A stretch of DNA of 64,000 bases, taken from positions 11,782,001 through 11,846,000 of the forward strand of contig CM075988.1 of the NCBI GenBank assembly GCA_038087875.1, written 5' to 3'. A program made the translations under genes and the position numbers. The first letter of the stretch is position 1; each line of letters opens with the position of its first letter. Source of the DNA: Malacoraja senta (Eukaryota). Below the pieces are notes generated by a model that was not told the DNA's origin, ran no database searches, and worked only from the letters and a program-made list of their open reading frames with translations. Below are positions 54,756-64,000 of this stretch, one piece after another.

Positions 54756-55090
54756 GACTATGCGTGAGTGGTGCCATATTGCGTTGGGGGAACGGCTTGC
54801 ATTGGGGGAACGGGTCAGTGGTGGAATCTTGCATTGGGGGTGCAGACCCACTTGGTCTAGTCAATTTTAAAACCAAAGTCATAATTCAGGCACTTCAGAT
54901 AAAGTGGATCAGCGTGTTTTATTATTTCTAATGTAATTTCGGAAAGCAGAGTTTTGTTTCATTTGCTTATGAGCATAATACTCTTCTGCAAAATTTGGGG
55001 AAATGTAGCAATTAAATCGAGGTACAACAAGGCAATGATAAAGCGATACTGATCGTACGGATATCCTGACAGTTTTGGCCACTGACGTAG

Positions 55091-55245
55091 CATAAAACAT
55101 AGGAGCAGAATTAGGCCATTCAGTCCAAATCAGCTATGCAATTTGACCATGGCAATCTATTTTTCCCTCAACCCCAATCTCCTGTCTTCTCCCTGTAACC
55201 TTTGATGCCCTTAGTAATCAAGAACCTATCAATCTTTGCTTTAAA
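55091..55245 (-). mobile_element. CR1 3' end fragment
   Basis: Reverse complement of the CR1 tail. Confidence 0.8.
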
Positions 55246-55429
55246 AAATGAAAGTAGCAGTTCTCTTTCCCCTGGTCCCTTCAAATCAAGTCCTATTCAT
55301 GTGTTCCATTTAATACACTCAGACTCCTTGGCACATGTTTCCTTTAACTCACCAGATCCCAACTGTCCACACTCACTTTAACTCACAAGACCCCAGTCGT
55401 GGTGCAACTTAAAAACTCTCCTGGTTCTC

Positions 55430-55820
55430 TTCTTCTGCTTCTGTCGTATGTATTTTAGACCTGCAGCTCCGTTGAGGCGAGCCAGGCCAACGTGTCATCG
55501 TCCAGGTCAATCAGACCTCGTTCACCATTCGGTGGTCGGTGTTTGGGGCAACTGGTGACTATGTGCTCCACTGTCTGTGTTGGGTCCCCACACTCGCAGG
55601 AGGCGCTGTCCACGAGGCCCCACCTCTTCATCGCTACTCCATAGCATCCGACGACTGTCCTCAAGCGGTTGAGGGTTGTCCACTGCTTTCGGGGCAGGTC
55701 CTGGCCAGGAACGTCCATGGGGTTATTGATGTAATGGTGTAGCCTAGATGGTTCCGCTGACTTCCACTTGTCTCTCCATCTCGTCTTGACCCAGGCGGCC
55801 TTGGAAGCGTCAGCTGGTGT
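55430..55820 (-). mobile_element. 5'-truncated Vingi/Ingi-like (I-group) LINE 3' end
   Basis: Open frame 55455-55820 ..PGQDLPRKQWTTLNRLRT..SCECGDPTQTVEHIVTSCP..; very short 3' UTR CATACGA plus GAA-rich tail; 8-bp TSD TGGTTCTC at 55422-55429 and 55821-55828. Confidence 0.8.
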
Positions 55821-56369
55821 TGGTTCTCATTCTTGCATTCCTTCAAAATTCACCGGGATCTGTATCCATGCCTCTCTCAGCTTAGGGTTCTCTGGGGAAA
55901 AGTGTTACTGCATAATTTTTGCTTTTAAGAAAAAATGTGAATGTTTGTATTATCAATCGGAATAACACCGAACAGTCCAGAACATTTACCCTGTATTTGG
56001 CTTGATTCCAATCATCTCTAGTCAATTTTGCTGACTGGATAGCACACGACAAAAACCTTTTCACTATACCTCGGTACACGTAGCAATAATGAACTAAAAT
56101 CAAATCTGGCATCGTGACACCAAAGTCCTGACTCCACTAGATTAACGGCAGAATTGGAAAGAAACTCCATTTGTTTTCTTGGCCACATTGTGCTTGCATA
56201 TAGCCAGCACTTTCACGGAGAAACAACAGCAATGCTCAGCCCACAGCTGATTTCAGAACCTGCGGATTGAAATGCACAGCTGATGATCAGAGGCATCTCG
56301 TCTTGCCTCTGGCTCCACCACATAAACAAGTGGAAAGGATAAACCAATTAACTACAGATATTAGTTTAG

Positions 56370-56910
56370 CTTAGTTGTTGTGATAATTAATGGAATGCGT
56401 CCTCATTTCGAAAAGCACGGATTAATCAAGGATAACGTAGGTCTGCTGAGGGAAGGTCATGTCTAAAGGGCATATCAGATGAATTTGATTGAATTTCTTG
56501 AGTAGATTACAAAGAGGGTCAACGAGGGCATAGTATCTGATGTAGTCTACCTGTATTTTAACAGCATCCAATTTATCAAGCTGCCAGTGGATATGATACA
56601 GGATATTTTCATTTAAATGCATTTGAACAGGTCCTTGCAAAGGAGTAGAGGGATGTGGGTTTAATGCTGGCAATTGCGAGAGGCATAGAAAGGCATTATG
56701 GTTGACATGGAAGAGTTAGGCCAAGTGGCCTACCTCTGGGCTCCATGGCTCTATGACTCTCTATGGGATCCTTAAAGGTCAAGGACAGGTCAAAAAAGGT
56801 GATTATGAAGACATTCAGGATGCTCTCCATAATTTGCTGAGGCACGGAAGACAAAGGTTTTGCTCGGAGTGTATACAACATTAGTTCAGCTGCAGATAGA
56901 GTACTGCCTA
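56370..56910 (+). mobile_element. Degraded CR1 fragments
   Basis: NLIEF..ITKRVNEG..DVVYL-like DNA, CR1 3' tail near 56700-56765, QIEYCLQ motif near 56892. Confidence 0.65.
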
Positions 56911-57447
56911 CAGTTACATTTGAATGCTTTTAAAGTGTTTCTGACATTTGAAAGCCGCTCAAAGGGAGCAAGGAGTCACAAGTCCTTCTCGGGAAGCTGG
57001 AAGCCAAGGGTTCAATTGAAGCCTGACTCCTTGTTGCTACTCAAAGCCTTCTCCATTCATGGCAGGACTCTTGAGTACAGAGTAATATCTCAGCCAGACG
57101 AGAGAGCACCAAGTTCAAGCAGTTGGCCAGAAACAGAATTTTCAATTAACTCAACCTTTTCAATGCTGAAGAAACAGTGTTCCCTCTGGAACTCACACTT
57201 CCAAGAGGATATTAGATGGTGGACACAAGGAACTGCAGCTACTGGTTACAAAAAAAAGACACAAAATGCTGGAGTAACTCAACAGAGCAGGCAGCCTCCC
57301 TGGAGAACATGGATAGGTGAAGTTTTAGGTCAGAACCTGTATATATCCTGCAGAGTTGTTGTCCGATTAGTTACCCCAGCAATTTGTGTGGACATCAAAT
57401 GGTCCTTGTTGTTGGTAACATTCTAAATGATTGTATCAGAAGTCTAA

Positions 57448-57813
57448 AGGGCCTGTCCCACTGTACGAGGTAATTCAAGAGTTCTCCTGAGTTTTCCCTG
57501 ATTCGAACTCGGAGAATTACGGTAATAGCCGCTCCGAGGTACTCGGGGCTCTCGTGGACATTTTTCAACATGTTGAAAAAACTTCACGAGCTTACCGCGT
57601 TTCCCGAGTCTCTTAGCGGCTCGTAATGCTAACAGCAGATACTCGGGAAACGCGGTAAGCTCATGAAGTTTACGAGTTTACGTTACGAGCCGCTAAGAGA
57701 CGTCCCGAGCTCCGGCGTACCCACTAAGTACATTCTACGTACTTACCACGAGTTTGATTTTGTTTTAAACTCGGGAGGGCTCTTGGGTAAACTCGTATAG
57801 TGGGACAGGCCCT
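57448..57813. mobile_element. PIF/Harbinger-type MITE
   Basis: TIR AGGGCCTGTCCCACTRTACGAG (22 bp, 1 mismatch, degenerate to ~47 bp); TAA TSD at 57445-57447 and 57814-57816; CpG-rich; no ORF. Confidence 0.88.
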
Positions 57814-58474
57814 TAAGTCTTGATGGCGATAACCTAATTGGCTTGCATGCTGCTCCTGGTCGAGTTTTACATGTGGCTTCAGTCATTGTCAGGAAGTTTA
57901 CTTGAATGTCTCCTCAGATTTGAACACTATTTTAATCCAGAGAATTTTCATGCCCAGACCTGGGCACAGTGCAATGGGACAGATTTATTATTACAATGCA
58001 CTTGATAAATCAGTTGGATCTGTTTTCTGAAAAGGAAAGTAATAGTTGGAATTTACACACAGAGTAACAATTCCTCATAATCAACGAACTCCTGCCACTG
58101 AAAGATTTGTTTTAGCTCAGAATGGAATATGTGTATAGGAAAGCATCACCATAGAAATACGAGTATTTTGCCAGGAATGTAAATGTAAATATCTTGACAC
58201 GTAAAGATATTTTGACATTCAACCTGACATTCTTAACTGAGCATTAAAATATTTTACTATCAGCTTACTTCGGATTGACACAAATTCATCTTAAATATAT
58301 ATCCATATGCAATTTATACTGACTCGAAGGCTTAGTGTTGGTATTGTCGGCACCAAGCTCAATAAGGTTTTTGCAGGAGCAGTGTACTTTGACTATTTTA
58401 CATCTATTTAAAATGGAAATGATATGTAAATCATGCTAGCTTGTTGTGCACATATCAAAACCATAGTATAAGAA

Positions 58475-58789
58475 GATAGACACAAAATGTTGGAGTAACT
58501 CTGCGGGTCAGGCAGCACGTCTGGAGAGAAGGAAGAGCTGACGTTTCTGGTTGAGATCCTTGTTCAGACTGAGAGTCAGGGGAGAGGGAAACAAGAGATT
58601 TGAAAAGGTATCATTTGTTCTTTGTATCTTTTCATACCTCGTTTCGCTCTCCCCTGACAGTCTGAAGAATGGTCTCGACCCGAAACGTCACCAATTCCTT
58701 GTCTCCAGACATGCTGCCTGACCCTCTGAGTTACTCCAAATTGTTTTGTCTATCTTTGCTGTAATCCACCATCTGCAGTTCCTTCTTAC
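58475..58789 (+). mobile_element. Long fold-back Penelope-like element (~135-bp imperfect stem)
   Basis: Core CTGAAGA 58662-58668 to GAAACGTC 58682-58689; 14-bp TSD with 2 mismatches at 58461-58474 and 58790-58803. Confidence 0.85.
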
Positions 58790-58869
58790 CCGTAGTATGA
58801 GAAATTGCTTTAGGTTCTGAAGAGCAAGGATTGTTCGCATGTTTCCAGTTAGGATTTTCCATATTGAGG

Positions 58870-59326
58870 ACTCTCCCGACGCCCAGGAACATCGGGCCTC
58901 CGTAGAGGCAACTGTGGCGGCCTCGATGGGCCTGACTCTGGGGAGAACTGGGTTGGGGACTGGACATTGTGCCTTCCCCCACAGTGGTAACCATTGTGGT
59001 AACCAGTGGTAACCATTGTGGGGGGATGATTTTGTGTGTAGTGTTAAGTGTCTGTGTTAGTCTATGTCCAACATGGTGGGCGGAAGGGAGAGTGTACGCT
59101 GGCGCGGTTTGGCTGCCGCTGCTCTCCCTTCATGTTGTGTTTTCTGAAGTTTGTTGTTGTCTTTTTTGGATCAAATTTCTGTTTTTAATTTATGTGTTGG
59201 TGATGTCTTCATAACCTATTTTACTCTGATTATATGTTTATATGTTTATATGTTTCTTAAATTGTAAGGTGTCCTAGAGACCTTGCTATTAGGCGCCCTT
59301 AAAATAAAATCTATTATTATTATTAT
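58870..59326 (+). mobile_element. Non-coding retroposon with L2-type 3' end and (TAT)n tail
   Basis: 3' end GGTGTCCTAGAGACC..AGGCGCCC..AATAAAATC(TAT)n; a shorter copy lies at 17102-17307; flanked by a 77-bp direct repeat. Confidence 0.8.
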
Positions 59327-60989
59327 TAGTATGAGAAATTGCTTTAGGTTCTCAAGAGCAAGGATTGTTCGCATGTTTCCAGTTAGGATTTTCCATATTG
59401 AGGTAGCTCCTTGTGGGGAGAGCATTGTGTTCTGAGCAATGCAATGATAAAGACGAGATCCAAGGAAGGGCAGCCACTGAAATCATGAGCAAAACACAGT
59501 GTTGGAGTTTGTGTTTTGCTGAAGATTCTAGCACCTGAGTCTGAAGAAGTGTCCGATCAGAAACGTTGTCTATCCTTATCCTCCAGCGATGCTGCCTGAC
59601 CTGCTGAACTACTCCAGCACTGTGTGTAATGACAAGGAGGCTAGTGTTAAGAAAGTGGATTTCAGTTCTCAATCTATGATAATCTCATTGCAATCCAAAA
59701 CCTTTGATCTCACAAGGGAACAAGCACAAGAGATTTGAGTCTGAAGATGGGTTCAGACCCAAAACTTCACCTATTCCTTTTCTCCAGAGATCCAGAGATG
59801 CTGCCTGATCCACTGAATTACTCCAGCATTTTGTGTCTATCTTAAGTATAAGTGGTTGCGATCCACTTTCTCTAGGTTGGGAGGCTCTTCAACATGGATG
59901 GTGGCCTAGAAAATAGACCAATTCATCCCATGGAAAAGGCTGTGTGAATAATTAGGATTTGGCTTCACATCCCACTGATGGTCATTTAGCCAGGAAAATT
60001 GAAGCCTGCAACCTTGTGGATCCATACCAGCGTAAATTGGTTGGTCATGTCAAGAAATTGAAGCACCGAAACTAAACATGAACAAATTTATGACAGGCTT
60101 CTGTGGAGTGACTATGAATGATTTGATGTACATTTTCTTTGTTTATTCGGCAGGATCATCGCAGTCCATGCTGTGCATGGCTTATTATGTGGGAAAGAAA
60201 TTTTGAGCTGTGCTCAGAAAATAATGCCAATTCCAAGTCATCAGAGGAAAGTCCCGACAGAATAAAGCAAAACTAGGTCCCTTGCGCTCATTTCAAAGCA
60301 GTTAAGTGGAAATGTAAGCTTTGTTTATTCCACACGACAGTTGAGTAAAACAAACCAATGTTCCTCTTGACACGTCTGAACAGTTTTCTTTTTCCCTATT
60401 GAGAGAGAGATCAAGGTGGCAGGTCAAGTGTAGCATGGGTCTCTCAAGCATTTCGCATGAAAAACTGAATTTAGCATCAAACCATTTCATTAAAAAATCC
60501 AAGCTAACCGGTTTATTGAAGTTTCGGAGAGAACATTGCTAAAGGTCGCCAGGAGTGCATTGACATCTTGCCGTTCAATCCTCAGCAACTTGCAGCTTGA
60601 CTAACTCCATTACTGGGCCTTGTATTAATTATGTAGAATTTAGCTGGACCTCTTTCCTATTATGGTTGGAAAATAAAACAGGTCTGGTTTCCGGTTATCA
60701 TTGGTATTGGCCAGGTTGTGCTATGAGTCTACTTTTATTCTTGAGATTTTTTTATCCATATAATGGTCACTTGCTCCAGGTAGAATTGTATTAACCCACT
60801 TATTCAGGCATTAATGTGAACTTGCCACCTCTTCCCTTGATAAGCAATGGTTAGCATAATAAAGCCTGCAGGCAAAATAAGTAGTAAAATTAAATGGCCT
60901 TTTTTGAAGAATGAACTGCATTTGCTATTGTTAGTTCACATTGACGAGAGATAAATGAAACATGCATGTCCTGTGGTCAATAAGGAGGA

Positions 60990-61650
60990 TCAACGATACT
61001 TGGCTCATATTTGCTTGAAGATTGGAATACAAAAATAAAGTCGTTGCATTACAATTATATGAGACTTGGTTGAGATTGCATTAGTGAATTGTGGTCTTAA
61101 TTATAACAAAAAATTATTATAGAGGGGGTTCAGCATAGATTGGCAGTCCATTACAAGGGGCAACTAGTTATTTGTCCTTTAGAATGTAAAAAATGAGAAA
61201 TTACAGCTTTGAAACACAGAAGATCCTTAGAGGGCACATGAAAGGGAGATGCAATGAGAATGTTTCTCCAGGCTGAGGAGTCTAGAACTAAGGGTTATAG
61301 TCTTAATATAGAGTCATACAGTCATAGAGTGAAACAGTGTGGAAACAGGCCCTTCTGCCCAATTTGTCAATATGTCCCAGCTACACAAGCCCCACCTGCC
61401 AGCATTTGGTCCATATCCTTCCAAACCTGTTTTATCCATATATGAGGTAGATGATTAGAACCTAAAGTGAGAAGAAATATCTTCACAGTGGGTGGAGATT
61501 CTTTTCCCCAAGAAGGCTCTGGCATTGATTGATCTATTTCTAGAAACTGGAGGAATTGAGGGATATGGGGAAAGAGCAGGACAATGGGGTAAAGGTAGAA
61601 GATGAGCCATAACTCTGAATGGGAGGATAAGAACCACCTACCATTATTTC
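60990..61650 (+). mobile_element. Highly degraded CR1 fragment(s)
   Basis: AEESRTKGYSL-like motif; includes an inverted tail piece at ~61310-61440. Confidence 0.65.
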
Positions 61651-62249
61651 TTGCATAAATTGTGAAACCATCATTTTATTTCTGGTTTTGTAAGTTGTTT
61701 GGCCAACCATTAGTTTATTTACAGAGAATACAGCTTAACAACATGAGCAGTTGAAACAGCTTAATGTGAGACATTTGCTAAAGAAAGAATGGGAGAATAC
61801 AATCATTGGAGTTGTACAACATGGAAACAAGCACTTTGGTGCAATTTGTCCACACAACCAAGATGGAAAGATAATGATAAATTTGGAGAAAAATAAATGC
61901 ATCAAAATGGTTAAATAAGGAGACGCATTGTAAACCATGTTTCATAAATTGAGAATAGAAAACGAGAATAAAGTCATAATGGTAAATGTGTGTAGATGTA
62001 GTTAGAAGTGTTTAGGAGAAAATAGTTACACAAACATTAAAGCTACTGAGCATACTGGTGTACATTGGATGACATAATGGATTCCCAGAAAGACTAATGA
62101 GAAGACAATGAGATACTGAAGCTATTTCCATTAGACACAATTAGCTTTAGTAAAAGATTAAAAGATAGGAAGACTTTTAATAGGGCAAGATGGTGTCCTG
62201 TGTTAAAGATTTCTTTCTCAAGGTAAAGCACTTCTAATCTTCCTCAAGA

Positions 62250-63740
62250 GAATGAAGAGAAAGATTAGGAGAAATTAGCATTTATCCAGAGAGCATAAAA
62301 TATTCTGGCACACAGTATGGTGGGCGAGGGTGATTTTATATATTTGAAGGAGAAAATGAAAGTGTGGAGTAGGAAATACAACAGCATGATTAAGATGAAA
62401 GCAGTAAAAGGAGTGTGGACTTTAGCAGGGCCTTTGGAAAAAAGTGCTGCATGGTGGGCTAATCTGATGGTTAGATCCCATGGGATCCAAAGTGAAATGG
62501 CCAATTGGATATAAAATTGCCTGTAAAGGCAGGAAAAGAAGGGAAACAAAGGGTGGTGGTGGAGGATTGTTTTTCAGATATGAGGCCAGCAATGACTGAT
62601 GAGCCACAAGGATCTAGGCTGTATCCATATTGCTCATTATTTGTACTAACAACTTGTTTTTGTATGTGTATGTAGGTGGCATAATTAGTTGGTTTGCAGA
62701 TGGTCGTGTAGTGAACAGTGAAAACATTATCAATGATTACAATAGAATCTTGATCAATTGGGCTAATGTGTTGAGGAATGGCAGATGGAGTTTAATTCAG
62801 ATAAATGTGAGGTGCTTCAGTTTGGTTGAACAAACCAGGGGCCTGGAGAATGTTGCAACACAGAGAAGCCAAAGGTTGAAGGTACAAACTTCCCTGAAGG
62901 TGGAGACACAGATGGATGGGGTGGCAAAGAAGGCATTTGACACATTTAGCTTTATCGGTAAGGGCATTGGGTACAGGAGATGGGATGTTATGTTACAGCT
63001 GGTCAAGACTTTGTGAGGCCACATTTGGAGTACGATGTACAGTTCTCGTCTCCCTTTTATGGGATGTACATCATTAAATGGGAAAGGTATAACAAAGACT
63101 AAGGAGGATGTTAGTAGGTCTGGAGGGTTTGAGCTATAGGAGAGGCTGGATGGACTGTGTTCATTTTCCCTGGAGCATAGGTGGCTGAAGAGTGACTTTG
63201 GGGAAATATATATAAAATCATGATGAAAGTGAACAGCTACAGTCTTTTCACCAGGGTGGGGGGGGGGGGGGGTGTCTAAAGCTAGAGGGTATAGAATTAA
63301 GATGAGAGGGGAAAGATTTAAAAGGGAATTGAGGGCAACAGATTTCCCACAGATGTTAGTGCCTAGCTAGAATGACCTGCCAGAAGAAGTGGTTGAGGCA
63401 GGTACAATTATTTCATTTATAAGACGCTTTGACAGATGCAAGGATAGGAATGGGTTGAAGGGCTCTGGACCAGGTGCAGGCAAGTAAGACTATTTTACTT
63501 AAGTTGAAGATAGACACAAAATGCTGGAGTAACAGCGGGTTAGACTGAGGAAGGGTCTCGACCCAAAACATCGTCTATTCCTTTTCTCTGGAGATGCTGT
63601 CTGATCTGCTGAGTTACTCCAGCTTTTTGTGCCTATCTTTGGTGTAAACCAGAATCTGAAGTTCCTTCCTACACATCTTATTTAAGCTACCTGGTCAGCG
63701 TGGATGTGTTTGTGCCGAAGGGCCTGTTTCAGTGTTTGGT
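62250..63740 (+). mobile_element. Degraded CR1 LINE RT fragment and 3' end
   Basis: IISWFAD, SLKVETQMDGVAKKAF..IGYRRWDVMLQLVKTL, RPHLEY; 3' tail ..CCGAAGGGCCTGTTTC; interrupted by a fold-back element at 63506-63677. Confidence 0.85.
63506..63677 (+). mobile_element. Fold-back Penelope-like element inside a CR1 tail
   Basis: Short inverted 5' arm, core remnant, constant 3' end. Confidence 0.8.
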
Positions 63741-64000
63741 AGATCTATGGCAGTGGGATTAGTTGCAAATTGTTAGATTGTGACATGTAAAATGGACCAC
63801 AGAACATGACAAACATCCCATGCTTCCGTAATCTGACCCAAACACAAGTTGCTCCGACACCTTCAGCAAACTTGAGAAGTTCTATCTCTCATTTTTGGAG
63901 AAAAAGCTACTTGAAAAAACTGAGGAAGTGTTTCAACAAGACAATCCTACAAAAGTTGTACAAATGTAATAATTATATAAAATTCCTCGAAGGTATTAGG

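Larger units (their letters stand above)
53669..54860 (+). mobile_element. Probable non-autonomous Helitron
   Basis: A|TC 5' end, GT-rich microsatellite-like tract soon after, internal GTGACGTCAC palindrome, subterminal TTGCRTTGGGGG repeats, CTAG|T 3' end, no TSD. The canonical subterminal hairpin is only partly visible. Confidence 0.6.

Noticed and set aside
56860..57426. 188-aa ORF
   Set aside because: Chimera of a CR1 remnant, unique DNA and a fold-back repeat arm; no domain recognised.

Overview
Repeat-dense, AT-rich vertebrate genomic DNA. The repeat complement (many CR1 LINE 3' ends, HE1-like V-SINEs, L2 and Tx1 relics) points to a cartilaginous fish, probably a skate or ray (inference). 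I could not recognise any host protein-coding gene, so the window looks intronic or intergenic, with one 200-N scaffold gap. Best-supported elements: a young 5'-truncated L1 with an intact ~750-codon ORF2 and 14-bp TSD nested in an old Tx1-clade LINE end (32255-34848); a young CR1 RT fragment (47398-48520); a Vingi/Ingi-like LINE end with 8-bp TSD; a Harbinger-type MITE with an internal inverted duplication; a 204-bp solo LTR; and a probable non-autonomous Helitron (53669-54860) containing the main CpG-island-like segment and an exon-like piece. The most interesting signal is roughly 25 copies of a short, non-coding, often fold-back element that carries a minimal hammerhead-ribozyme core, with a fixed 3' end, variable or inverted 5' ends and 11-17 bp TSDs. 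It is best read as a Penelope-like non-autonomous retroelement family. Family names come from motif recognition, not database searches, and the boundaries of degraded repeats are approximate.
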